This document shows positions 38,826 to 48,000 of a DNA stretch of 62,327 nt, piece by piece. The notes below the pieces were generated by a model that was not told the DNA's origin, did no database searches, and saw nothing but the letters and a program-made list of their open reading frames with translations. The stretch spans positions 1-62,327 of the forward strand of contig JAPYRQ010000003.1 of assembly GCA_029936935.1 (NCBI GenBank), read 5' to 3'. Both the position numbers and the translations under genes were made by a program. The stretch is from Dehalococcoidia bacterium. Lineage in GTDB: Bacteria > Chloroflexota > Dehalococcoidia > Lucifugimonadales > UBA1127. Within the stretch, counting starts at the first letter, position 1. Every line of letters begins with the position of its first letter.

Positions 38826-39311
38826 ATGGCATCAGAGAAGACCCACGTACGAACGACACTTAACGGTGAGGCCACAGAGTATCTCTGTGAGACCAACCAG
38901 AGCTTGTTGGAAGTCCTGCGGGACGTCCTGCTCCTGACCGGCACCAAAGAGGGCTGCAACGATGGCAACTGCGGCGCGTGTACCGTCAACATGGACGGGC
39001 GCATCGTAGATTCTTGTCTGGTCCTTGGCGTAGAGGCGGAAGGCGCTGAAATCCTGACAATCGAGGGTGTAGCCACTCCCGAGGGTCTGCACCCCATCCA
39101 GCAGGCGTTCCTGGAGAACGCTGCCCTACAGTGCGGTATCTGCACGCCGGGATTTATCATTGCTTCTAAAGCTCTTCTTGAGAAAGAGCCTAACCCGTCC
39201 GAGGCGAGGATTCGCCACTGGCTGGCCGGAAACCTCTGCCGATGCACGGGCTATGACAAGATCGTCAAGGCGGTTGTGGCTGCGGCCAACACCATAGGGG
39301 GGAAGAAGTAA
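38826..39311 (+). CDS. Xanthine dehydrogenase family 2Fe-2S subunit (CoxS-like)
   Basis: GCNDGNCGAC, QCGICTPG, NLCRCTGY. Confidence 0.95.
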   Translation: MASEKTHVRTTLNGEATEYLCETNQSLLEVLRDVLLLTGTKEGCNDGNCGACTVNMDGRIVDSCLVLGVEAEGAEILTIEGVATPEGLHPIQQAFLENAALQCGICTPGFIIASKALLEKEPNPSEARIRHWLAGNLCRCTGYDKIVKAVVAAANTIGGKK

Positions 39312-41605
39312 TGACGACGTCAGATAAGAAGAAGTATAAGGTCATTGGCACCACACCCATTCGCCACGATGGTGCGGACAAGGTAACTGGCAGAGCCGTC
39401 TACGGAATTGACTTTCACACGACAGGCATGCTGTGGGGCAAGATTCTTCGAAGCCCCCACGCCCACGCCAAGATCAAAAGCATCGATGCCACCAAAGCGC
39501 TTGCGCTCCCCGGCGTCCATGCGGTGGTTACAGGCAAGGACATGGCCGTTGCTCGGGACATAGAGGTTGAGGCAGGCGAGACTTCCCTGAACTACATGCA
39601 TCTCAGCGACAACGTGATGGCCAGGGACAAGGCACTTTATAAGGGCCACGCCGTTGCTGCAGTAGCTGCCGATACCCAACACATCGCTGAAGAGGCTCTG
39701 GGCCTCATCGAAGTGGACTATGAAGTACTGACTCCGGTGTTGAACGGCCGGGAGGGCATGAAGTCGGATGCGCCGCTGATCCACCCTGACCAAACCACCA
39801 AGATTATGGCATTTCGCTTTGACCCCGGCACAGACTCCGGCGAGAAGAGCAACATTGCCGGTAAGTCGCAGCTCAAGCTCGGCGACATCGATGCCGGGTT
39901 CAAGGAAGCCGATTTCATCGTCGAACGTGAGTACACCACCTCCTGGGTCCACCAGGGCTATATTGAAGCTCAGAATGCTACAGCTCACTGGAACAACGAC
40001 GACAACATCACGGTCTGGAACAGCAGCCAGGGTACTTTCAACCAACGCCAGTTGATGGCTGAGATTTTGAAGCACCCTGTCTCTCAGATAAAAATGGTCC
40101 CCATGGAGATCGGCGGCGGGTTTGGCGGCAAGATACCGGTGTATCTGGAAATTCCTGCTGCCATGCTTTCTAAGAAGACAGGCCACCCGGTCAAGATGAC
40201 GATGACTCGCACAGAGGTTTTTGAAGGCACTGGACCGGCTTCTGCAGCGCAAATGAAGGCCAAGGTTGGCGCAACAAAGGACGGTCGCATCACTGCCGCT
40301 TACGCAGAGTTGGTTTTTGAAGCAGGTGCATTCCCAGGTTCAGCCGTGGGCGCAGGTGCCCAGGGCATGTTCACCACGTACAACATTGAAAACGTGTTGA
40401 TCGATGGCTACGACGTCGTCGTCAACAAACCGAAGTCGGCGGCCTATCGCTCGCCCGGCACACCCCAGGCCTGCTTCCCTGCAGAAGCCGTCATCGACGA
40501 ACTGGCAGAACTGGTGGGCATGGATCCCCTCGATTTCCGTATGAAGAATGCGGCAAAAGAGGGCGATCGACGCGCAGACGGCGTCCAGCACCCTGAGATG
40601 GGCAACCTGGAGTGCATGGAAGCGCTGAAGGCCAGTGATCACTACAAGTCTGACCTTGGTGGCCCCAACCGTGGCCGTGGCGTCGCTTCTGGCTACTGGG
40701 GCAACGCGGGCATGCCTGCAAGCTGCTCCATTGCCATCAACGCCGACGGCACAGTGAGCCTCGCCGAGGGTTCACCGGACATCGGTGGCTCACGGACTTC
40801 CATCGCAATGATGTGTGCCGAGGCTTTCGGCATCGCCGCAGAGGACGTCCACCCAAGCATCAAGGACACTGACTCCATCGGCTACCAGGGCCTCACCGCC
40901 GGTAGCAGCACCACCCTGCGTAACGGCTGGGCGGTCTTTGAAGTCACCAACCAGGCCATCGAACTAATAAAGGCTCGGGCTGCCCGACTGTGGGAGACGG
41001 AACCCGAGAACGTGGACTTTGCCGATGGCGTCTTCTTCTCCAAGGCGGAGAAGGAACTGAAACTGACATTCAAGGAGATGACCGGCAAGTTGATGGAGAC
41101 CGGTGGTCCCATCTCTGTGGCCGCATCGGTAGCACCCAGAGGCGCAGGCCCCTCCTTTACGACACACATGGTCGACGTGGAAGTTGACCCAGAGACAGGC
41201 AAGGTAGAAATCCTCCGTTACACAGCGGCCCAGGACGTGGGCACCATGATCCACCCCGACTATGTTGAGGGTCAGGTTCAGGGCGGCGCAGTCCAGGGGA
41301 TCGGTTGGGCGTTGAATGAGGAATATTTCTTTAGCGACAAGGGTGCAATGCTGAACGCCAGCTACTTGGACTACCGCGTACCAACAATGCTTGATCTTCC
41401 TATGATTGACACCATTCTGGTGGAACACGCTAACCCGGATCATCCCTTTGGCGTCCGCGGAGTTGCTGAGATTTCTGTGGTGCCGCCGCTGGGCGCACTG
41501 GCCAACGCAATCTATGCAGCTGTGGGCGTCCGCATGCGTGACCTGCCTATGGCACCGCACAAGATTGTAAAGGCGCTTCAGGAAAAGAACGGAAAGACCA
41601 AGTAG
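39311..41605 (+). CDS. Xanthine dehydrogenase family molybdopterin subunit
   Basis: GGGFGGK, AYRSPG loop, GQVQGG, catalytic Glu in GVAE. Confidence 0.93.
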   Translation: MTTSDKKKYKVIGTTPIRHDGADKVTGRAVYGIDFHTTGMLWGKILRSPHAHAKIKSIDATKALALPGVHAVVTGKDMAVARDIEVEAGETSLNYMHLSDNVMARDKALYKGHAVAAVAADTQHIAEEALGLIEVDYEVLTPVLNGREGMKSDAPLIHPDQTTKIMAFRFDPGTDSGEKSNIAGKSQLKLGDIDAGFKEADFIVEREYTTSWVHQGYIEAQNATAHWNNDDNITVWNSSQGTFNQRQLMAEILKHPVSQIKMVPMEIGGGFGGKIPVYLEIPAAMLSKKTGHPVKMTMTRTEVFEGTGPASAAQMKAKVGATKDGRITAAYAELVFEAGAFPGSAVGAGAQGMFTTYNIENVLIDGYDVVVNKPKSAAYRSPGTPQACFPAEAVIDELAELVGMDPLDFRMKNAAKEGDRRADGVQHPEMGNLECMEALKASDHYKSDLGGPNRGRGVASGYWGNAGMPASCSIAINADGTVSLAEGSPDIGGSRTSIAMMCAEAFGIAAEDVHPSIKDTDSIGYQGLTAGSSTTLRNGWAVFEVTNQAIELIKARAARLWETEPENVDFADGVFFSKAEKELKLTFKEMTGKLMETGGPISVAASVAPRGAGPSFTTHMVDVEVDPETGKVEILRYTAAQDVGTMIHPDYVEGQVQGGAVQGIGWALNEEYFFSDKGAMLNASYLDYRVPTMLDLPMIDTILVEHANPDHPFGVRGVAEISVVPPLGALANAIYAAVGVRMRDLPMAPHKIVKALQEKNGKTK

Positions 41606-41608
41606 CCT

Positions 41609-41884
41609 GTGGCAACTGTTTGGATACCAACTCCGTACCGTGACCTTGTCGGCGGCGCAGAAACGGTCACCGTCGCAGGGTCAACGGTGCGGCAGATTAC
41701 ACGGAACTTGGACACAGTCTACCCCGGGTTCTGGGAACGGTTGGTGGATGACGAGACCGACCGCATCCGGGCTGGGGTATCCGTGATTATCAACGGCGTT
41801 GTAGTGGGTACCGCTCTCCATGAGCCCGTTGGAGAGAACGACGAAGTCCACTACCTCCCCGCCATCGCAGGCGGCCATCCTTAG
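41609..41884 (+). CDS. MoaD/ThiS/CysO-type ubiquitin-like sulfur carrier
   Basis: VWIPTPYR...PAIAGG-HP. Confidence 0.85.
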   Translation: MATVWIPTPYRDLVGGAETVTVAGSTVRQITRNLDTVYPGFWERLVDDETDRIRAGVSVIINGVVVGTALHEPVGENDEVHYLPAIAGGHP

Positions 41885-41895
41885 GCTGTTTTGAT

Positions 41896-41913
41896 CCTGG
41901 CGGTTACCCAAGG
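41896..41913 (-). repeat. Partial REP-like element (5' half only)
   Basis: Minus strand ccttgggtaaccgccagg, compare 57401-57418. Confidence 0.45.
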
Positions 41914-41943
41914 GTGTAGCTAGAAATCTGATAGGTAGGTGCT

Positions 41944-43119
41944 ATGAGTAGGTGGTCGCCAGCCTCCCGTATCAATAATGTGCAACCCCCCGTAATCCGC
42001 ATGGGTGGCCAGCGCGCTCGCGATCTGGCTCTAGAGGGCATCGATGTAATTGACCTTGGCCCCTCAAGCCCGCATTACGTGACTCCCAAACACATCATTG
42101 ATGCCGGTGTGCAAGCCCTCCATGACGGTCATACCAATCATGCTCCATCACTAGGTATTCCAGAGTTCAGGACTGCAATAGCTGAAAAGCTCTCTTCGAT
42201 AAACCACATTCAAGCCGATCCCGGTAGAGACGTCATGGTGGTGCCAGGCAGCCAACAGGGCCTCTACTACGCGGTGAATGCCTACGTTGGCCAAGGTGAT
42301 GAGGTGCTGCTGGTGGAGCCCGTTTGGGGCAGCTTTCGTCAGCAGATTGAGTTGGCAGAGGCCACGCCGATATCCGTCTCCCTTAGTGCGGAAGAGGAAT
42401 ATCACCTCTCTTACGAGGCTTTGGATGCGTGCGCCACAGAGCGTACCAAGCTACTGATCTTCAACAACCCTCAAAACCCTACAGGTCGAGTGTACACACG
42501 CGCAGAACTTGAGAATGTGGCTCGAGTCGCTCAAGAGCGAGACTTACTGGTGCTTTGCGACGAGACGTATGAGTACTTTGTCTATGACTCCAACGAGCAC
42601 ATTTCTCTGGCTACACTCCCCGGTATGAAAGAACGCACGATAACGAGCTTCACCTTCAACAAGTCATACGGCATGTCTGGTTGGCGACTTGGTTGCATGG
42701 TGGCTCCTGGCGAGCTTCTCGACCCGATGTCGAGGGTACAGGAGTACACAGCCAGCTTTGTGCCGCCCTTCACTCAGATTGCAGGAGTGGCTGCGCTGCG
42801 AGGGCCGCAGGACCATATTCAACAATGGCGTGACGAGTGCCGAGACTTGCGATTGCAGGTCGCAGCGATGTTCAACGCTTTGCCTGGAGTCCACTGCCCT
42901 ATAACGGAGGGGACGACGTTCCTCTTCCCTCGATTCCCTGGCGGGGAAGCATCCACGGAGCTGGCGGAGCGATTGCTGAACGAAGCGTTGGTGACCGTCA
43001 CTCCCGGTTCAGGCTTCGGCGATTCAGGTGAGGGTCACTTGCGTGTCTCGTTGATGCGATCTCCAGTTGATCGGGTTCTGGAGGGCGTTGAGCGGATTAC
43101 AAAGGTGCTTAGGGGTTAA
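41944..43119 (+). CDS. PLP-dependent aminotransferase class I/II
   Basis: NNPQNPTG, DETY, FNKSYGMSGWRLG. Confidence 0.93.
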   Translation: MSRWSPASRINNVQPPVIRMGGQRARDLALEGIDVIDLGPSSPHYVTPKHIIDAGVQALHDGHTNHAPSLGIPEFRTAIAEKLSSINHIQADPGRDVMVVPGSQQGLYYAVNAYVGQGDEVLLVEPVWGSFRQQIELAEATPISVSLSAEEEYHLSYEALDACATERTKLLIFNNPQNPTGRVYTRAELENVARVAQERDLLVLCDETYEYFVYDSNEHISLATLPGMKERTITSFTFNKSYGMSGWRLGCMVAPGELLDPMSRVQEYTASFVPPFTQIAGVAALRGPQDHIQQWRDECRDLRLQVAAMFNALPGVHCPITEGTTFLFPRFPGGEASTELAERLLNEALVTVTPGSGFGDSGEGHLRVSLMRSPVDRVLEGVERITKVLRG

Positions 43120-43147
43120 GTACTACCATGCCTATCCAAGTGAAACG

Positions 43148-43176
43148 AAAAGGCCCCTGAATTTCAGGGGCCTTTT
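43148..43176. terminator. Bidirectional terminator
   Basis: aaaaggcccctga-att-tcaggggcctttt; same core as 57359-57389. Confidence 0.8.
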
Positions 43177-43196
43177 GATTATCTTATTCTGTCTTA

Positions 43197-43273
43197 GCTA
43201 TCCGTCAGGTAGTCTGGGTCCAGGCCGAGCCCTGAGGGTAACCGCAGGCTCTCAGGTGCAGGACTCGTCCTGC
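43197..43273 (+). repeat. REP-like element copies 4 and 5 in tandem
   Basis: gctatccgtcaggtagtctgggtccaggccgagccctga followed by ggtaaccgcaggctctcaggt-gcaggac-tc-gtcctgc. Confidence 0.65.
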
Positions 43274-43278
43274 CCTGG

Positions 43279-43803
43279 CTAGACACCCATCCAGCGCTTG
43301 CCTTGTGCCAGGCCCTTAATGTACGCGGCTTGGCCAGCGTGCTGGGTGTTGTCACTGATAATGCTGGCGAGCCGAACGCCGACAGTCGGTAGCGGGCTGT
43401 ACTGCGGCTCATCAAGTTCACGGTCCATATCCGCCGCTGTCATGCCACTCAAGACCTCTTTGGTGCGCTCGTATACTGCGTCGTGGTAGGCCTGCAGTAG
43501 ATCTGCGGCTGGGCGGACTTTGGCTACGTCTTCCGGCGTGTGGCCTGTGCCCGTGTTCTTGACGTCTGGTTCCATATTAAACTTGGCATGCCAGCCGTCC
43601 GCCGTCCACAGCTGCTCTTTGCCTGCCATGCCAGACATGTGGTGGTCCTGCACTCTGCTGAGGTGCCAGATGACCCACGCGGTGGAGTTGGCGTTCTCGT
43701 CAGGGCGATAGTACAACTGATCCGGCGTCATGCCACCCAGCACTCGCCGAATGGTGTTCTGGATACGACCTAGAGCATCTGCAACGATTTCGCTGCCTTC
43801 CAT
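43279..43803 (-). CDS. DinB-superfamily (mycothiol S-transferase-like) protein
   Basis: NSTAWVIWHLSRVQDHH, GVRLASIISDNTQHAGQ. Confidence 0.88.
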   Translation of the reverse strand: MEGSEIVADALGRIQNTIRRVLGGMTPDQLYYRPDENANSTAWVIWHLSRVQDHHMSGMAGKEQLWTADGWHAKFNMEPDVKNTGTGHTPEDVAKVRPAADLLQAYHDAVYERTKEVLSGMTAADMDRELDEPQYSPLPTVGVRLASIISDNTQHAGQAAYIKGLAQGKRWMGV

Positions 43804-43916
43804 GAAAAGCCTCCGCAAAAAGATAGGCCACTAGAGCCTTTATTGGGCAACGAGCCCGCGAGAGCAACGGAAGTGTAGTTGGGTGCGAAGTCGACTGTCA
43901 AACGAAGGGGGTGAGG

Positions 43917-44897
43917 TTAGGCCGTAGTCAAAGATAGGGCTTTCGCCTGGATAACTTCCTGAATCAGATCATTCCATAGGGATTGCTCTGTGGCGGGGCT
44001 CACCAGTGTTGATAGATCCGTGCACCATTGTTTCAACTCTTGGAGAAACGCGGGTTCGTTCTCAATGCGAGTAAGCACGCGGGCAAGGTCGTGTTCGTTC
44101 TCTACCTCATAGTAGCCGGGGTAGTCTTCACCCAGCATGCCTACGGAGCCGGCGATGCGCGATGCGATGACGGGAATCGAGTCCGCCAGCGCTTCAGAAA
44201 CCACGTTGGCACCGCCCTCGGCCAGCGACGTTAGTACCATGGCCTGGCTCTTGGCCATCACGCGACGTGCTTTCCACCTCGGCATTTCCCCCAACCATCG
44301 ATAGCGCGGATTGTTCGCCGTCTCATCCATGGCAGTTTGTTCAAGTTCGGCGTTCATGGCCCCACCTACGTGCAGAACCTGTAGCTGCGACGATTCCGGC
44401 AGCAACCGAGCGGCCAGGGCTGTGCGCATGGGGTCCTTTACGGGGCGAAGGTGGCCGATCACAGAAACGTTGAACGTCTTGCCCGATGGCTGGTGCCCGC
44501 CTGGTGTCTGACGTGCTGATTGGAAGATGGTTCGTGCTTTGTCGCGCACGTGGGTTGGCAGCTGCTCCATGCCCAGTGGCTGTAGCATCATCATCCGTGT
44601 GGCCAGTTCCAGAGAACGCTGGGCCTCAGGCTTCTCATGAATGTCCTGGTAGATGTCTGTGCCCGTAAGCGCCAAGACAATGGGCAACTCAGGGTGGAGC
44701 TGGCTGAACAGCTCTATCGAGTCGGCACTTCGCCATGCGTGAAGAGCAAGCAGCAAATCGCAGTTTGCACCTTTGTACGTCTCTTCAATCACAACGCGGT
44801 GGCCAAGCGCCTTCAGTATGCGCGACCATCGCAATGCGGAAGTCATGTTACCGTGGCGAGATGCCCGCGGTACGGGACAGATAAGCCGGATATGCAT
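43917..44897 (-). CDS. senB: Selenosugar synthase SenB (GT-B glycosyltransferase)
   Basis: GNMTSALRW, ALHAWRS, ALTGTDIY, GHLRPVKDP, EGGANVVSEA. Confidence 0.85.
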   Translation of the reverse strand: MHIRLICPVPRASRHGNMTSALRWSRILKALGHRVVIEETYKGANCDLLLALHAWRSADSIELFSQLHPELPIVLALTGTDIYQDIHEKPEAQRSLELATRMMMLQPLGMEQLPTHVRDKARTIFQSARQTPGGHQPSGKTFNVSVIGHLRPVKDPMRTALAARLLPESSQLQVLHVGGAMNAELEQTAMDETANNPRYRWLGEMPRWKARRVMAKSQAMVLTSLAEGGANVVSEALADSIPVIASRIAGSVGMLGEDYPGYYEVENEHDLARVLTRIENEPAFLQELKQWCTDLSTLVSPATEQSLWNDLIQEVIQAKALSLTTA

Positions 44898-44940
44898 GAT
44901 TGTTTGAGTGCCTACCCCTGTTTGCTTTGTGCCTCTCCCC

Positions 44941-46284
44941 CTAGAGAGCGCAGGTCCGGAATCCTGCCAGGACATCTCTGCGGTCTGGCGGGAAGAAATT
45001 CCTCCAAGTGTTGCGTATCAGTCGTGAACGCGTGGCCCATGCCCCGCCGCGGAGCACCTTGCGTGTCCAGAACCAGGGCGCTGAGTACTCTTTGTACGGG
45101 TCAATGATGAACCCTGGGTAGGGTCCAAAAGCATCGCTGCACCACTCCCACACGTTGCCCATCATCTGACGCATCCCCAAAGCACTGTCGCCTGCACCAA
45201 GGGCCCGGACATCAATGCAGCCCAGGGCCATGGAGTCCATGTTGGCGTGCTCTGCGGTGGGCGCCTCATCCCCCCACGGGTAGATGCGTTTTTCACCCGT
45301 GATTGATTTCCCATCGGCTGACGGCACGATGCTTGCTGCCATCTCCCACTCAGCCTCTGTGGGAAGTCGACGGCCTGCCCAAGCGCAGTAGGCGGTGGCT
45401 TCATACCAGGTGATGTGGATGATGGGGTGATGCGGTTCCAGCGGCACTACCGTATCGAAGTAATGATACTGCCAGGTGCCGTTAGGCCCGGAGACCCAGT
45501 ACCACGGGTGTTGGGCACCCTCCCGTTCCTTCCACAGCCAGCCTTCCTTCGACCACAGGTTCTGCCGGGCGTATCCGCCGCCATCGACGAACTTCTGGTA
45601 CTGCTCGTTGGTAACGGGCGTGTTGGCCATCTTGAACGGGGCGATCTCTACAACATGGCCCCATTTCTCATTATCGAAGACGAAGGGCACCTTGTCCGAT
45701 ATTTGGCCGCCAAGGATGAACGAACCTCCCGGGACGGACACGTCGCCATACGCGAAGTTGTGGTCGGGAGCTGGCGGCGAATTAGGTCGGATGCCTGTGA
45801 TAGTGGGAGGTGTATAGCCCAATGTTTGGCGTGTGTAGGTCAGCGCCTCTCCGTGCATGTCCTCGTGAAGGGTGGCTAGCCGGTAGAAGTAGGCGTCGTC
45901 CTCCGTGGGCTCGGCGCCGTTCAGTCGCTTCAGTCGTGCAAGAGCCTTGTCCATGACGGACTGCATGTACTCAAGTGAACCCTCCCGTGAGGGTAGAGGA
46001 AGCTCCCATCGAGAGTCGTGTGACACCTCGAAGGAGTTGTACAACTCATCGGCGTTAGCGATAAGGGAGTTTTCATTATCCAGGTTGCGGGAGACCCAGC
46101 GTTCCTGGAACCAGCCCACGTGGCCTATTTCCCACAGTGGAGGGTTAACAATATCCAAACTTGGGCCGAACATCTGCTCAGCGTCAAAGTCTGCGATGAT
46201 TTCCAGCAATCGTTGGCGGGAGTCCAGGGCATCGGACGCCAGTTCTGATGTCAGGTTGTGGTCGCCCTTATCAGTAGTAGTCAT
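44941..46284 (-). CDS. senA: Selenoneine synthase SenA (EgtB/OvoA-like DinB plus FGE-sulfatase)
   Basis: VNPPLWEIGHVGWFQE, HEDMHGEA iron motif, FDNEKW, RLPTEAEWE, GNVWEW; adjacent to senB. Confidence 0.82.
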   Translation of the reverse strand: MTTTDKGDHNLTSELASDALDSRQRLLEIIADFDAEQMFGPSLDIVNPPLWEIGHVGWFQERWVSRNLDNENSLIANADELYNSFEVSHDSRWELPLPSREGSLEYMQSVMDKALARLKRLNGAEPTEDDAYFYRLATLHEDMHGEALTYTRQTLGYTPPTITGIRPNSPPAPDHNFAYGDVSVPGGSFILGGQISDKVPFVFDNEKWGHVVEIAPFKMANTPVTNEQYQKFVDGGGYARQNLWSKEGWLWKEREGAQHPWYWVSGPNGTWQYHYFDTVVPLEPHHPIIHITWYEATAYCAWAGRRLPTEAEWEMAASIVPSADGKSITGEKRIYPWGDEAPTAEHANMDSMALGCIDVRALGAGDSALGMRQMMGNVWEWCSDAFGPYPGFIIDPYKEYSAPWFWTRKVLRGGAWATRSRLIRNTWRNFFPPDRRDVLAGFRTCAL

Positions 46285-46450
46285 GAGACCTACCCCTTGC
46301 AGTGTGCGTACTAGGGTACCTGTATTTTTCGCGCAGGACTAGCCCGCGCATGAACAGTTAGGTGTAATCTCGCCCGTGGAGATTCTTGTACGAGAGCGAC
46401 GTGCTCTGCTATCATCACGGCCCAGACTTTGCTTTGGATTGGGGGGCGCT

Positions 46451-46990
46451 ATGGCGGTGGATTTAGCACTGGTGGAGATAGTTAGGAAAGGCGTGGACGC
46501 TAGAGCTAACGTTCCGTCTCCGGACCCATTCCCCCGTGTTCTTCGAGTGGAGATTGAGCCTATTGAACACCTGACGTATCGCGCCAAGCCGACCGCTGAG
46601 CCACATTTTGAGCTTTACGTGGATGAGCCACAGGATCGCGGAGGCAACGATAAAGGCCCGTCCCCAATCACCTATTTCCTCACGGGCGTGGCAACATGCC
46701 TGCTGAACCAGTTCGTTCGACTGGCAATCACGCGAGAGATACCGATCTCCGTGTCCTCTATGACGGTGAAGGGTGTATTTGAGCGCACAGTAGGTGGTGG
46801 GTTCAAGGAAATCGTGAATGAGATTCATATCGAAGGCGATATCTCGCTTGAAGGACTTGAGGAGCTTGCCGTAGGCGCAGAAGGCTATTGTTATATCCAT
46901 AATACGCTAAGCAAAGCGGTGCTCATGACCACTGAGTTATATCTGAATGGAGACCATGTCGTTACCAGAGCGGCAGGGCCAGAAGCATAA
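46451..46990 (+). CDS. OsmC-family protein
   Basis: VDEPQDRGGNDKGPSP, TCL and YCYIHNTL two-Cys pattern. Confidence 0.8.
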   Translation: MAVDLALVEIVRKGVDARANVPSPDPFPRVLRVEIEPIEHLTYRAKPTAEPHFELYVDEPQDRGGNDKGPSPITYFLTGVATCLLNQFVRLAITREIPISVSSMTVKGVFERTVGGGFKEIVNEIHIEGDISLEGLEELAVGAEGYCYIHNTLSKAVLMTTELYLNGDHVVTRAAGPEA

Positions 46991-47015
46991 AAGCCATAAA
47001 GAAAAGGAGAATCAC

Positions 47016-47402
47016 ATGCCAAAGAAAGAGATCATCATTCCAGCAGCATTAGGTCAATCCAACGCCAACCTATCCCCCGCAACCAGATTCGGAAACCTGG
47101 TGTTCGTCGCTGGCCAAACGGGTCGCGACCCAGTGACCAACGAGGTGGGCAAGGATATCCGTGAGCAGACCCGCAACGTCCTGGAGCGCATCAAGATCAT
47201 CCTGGAAGAAGCTGGCAGCTCACTCGACAATGTCCTGACGGCAAATTGCTGGCTCACAGACGTTGCTAACGGGCCTGCATTCAATGAGGAGTACGCCAAG
47301 TATTTCACAGGAAACAAGCCCGCCAGGGCCACCGTCCAGGCCACCCTCATGGGACCGGACCTGTTGGTGGAGATCATGGTCACCGCCTGCATCCCTGACT
47401 AG
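47016..47402 (+). CDS. RidA/YjgF family protein
   Basis: LVFVAGQ, FNEEY, PARATV, LVEI. Confidence 0.9.
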   Translation: MPKKEIIIPAALGQSNANLSPATRFGNLVFVAGQTGRDPVTNEVGKDIREQTRNVLERIKIILEEAGSSLDNVLTANCWLTDVANGPAFNEEYAKYFTGNKPARATVQATLMGPDLLVEIMVTACIPD

Positions 47403-47454
47403 CATCGGTGGGTCTTTGAATATCATGGCAGGATTCCGGCGAGGGTAGGCGACT

Positions 47455-47904
47455 ATGGGCGTTCATGAACACCTGATGGATGGAGAGCGGATTGTGCTTC
47501 AACACCCTCCGTTCTATCTGACTAGCCATAGGTTGCTCCGCTGTGAAAACGATGAGGGCAGCGAGTCCTTCAGGGAAATACCGCTTCTTGGCATGACCGA
47601 GGTTGAGCAACTCCGCGTGACCGATCATAAGATCATGTCCATAGGAGCGGGTCTGGTGGTGTCTGGCGTCATCCTGATGGCCACCTGGGGGTTGTTCACG
47701 GCGTTCCTCGGTGTTATCGCCGGGATTGTTGCACTGGTACTCGGCTCCAAGGGCAAGGTCACCGGCCATCAGGTGAAATCACCACGGATACCTGATCGGG
47801 AGTCGGAGATGTGGCTGCTGCCCACCTGGGGGGCTGACAACTTTGTCAACAAACTCAAGGACATCACTACCGAAAACCAGGACCCCAACCCTCCGCGATA
47901 CTAA
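47455..47904 (+). CDS. Hypothetical two-TM membrane protein
   Basis: ORF with RBS and a central hydrophobic hairpin. Confidence 0.65.
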   Translation: MGVHEHLMDGERIVLQHPPFYLTSHRLLRCENDEGSESFREIPLLGMTEVEQLRVTDHKIMSIGAGLVVSGVILMATWGLFTAFLGVIAGIVALVLGSKGKVTGHQVKSPRIPDRESEMWLLPTWGADNFVNKLKDITTENQDPNPPRY

Positions 47905-48000
47905 GTATTCGCAAACGCGGCTTGTACGTGCCGTGCTACGGGTATACGTTCTCAGGGCTTCAGACACCGGTGGCGACAGACTTGATATTAGGAAACAAAA

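Noticed and set aside
37954-41605. Aerobic CO dehydrogenase (coxMSL)
   Set aside because: The loop is AYRSPG, not form I AYxCSFR; no Cu-ligating Cys and no coxDEFG.
43225-43270. Glycine riboswitch-like words (ctctcagg...ggac); also ggagagac at 29865
   Set aside because: Aptamer elements are incomplete and no gene lies downstream on that strand; the 43 kb site is better explained by the repeat family.
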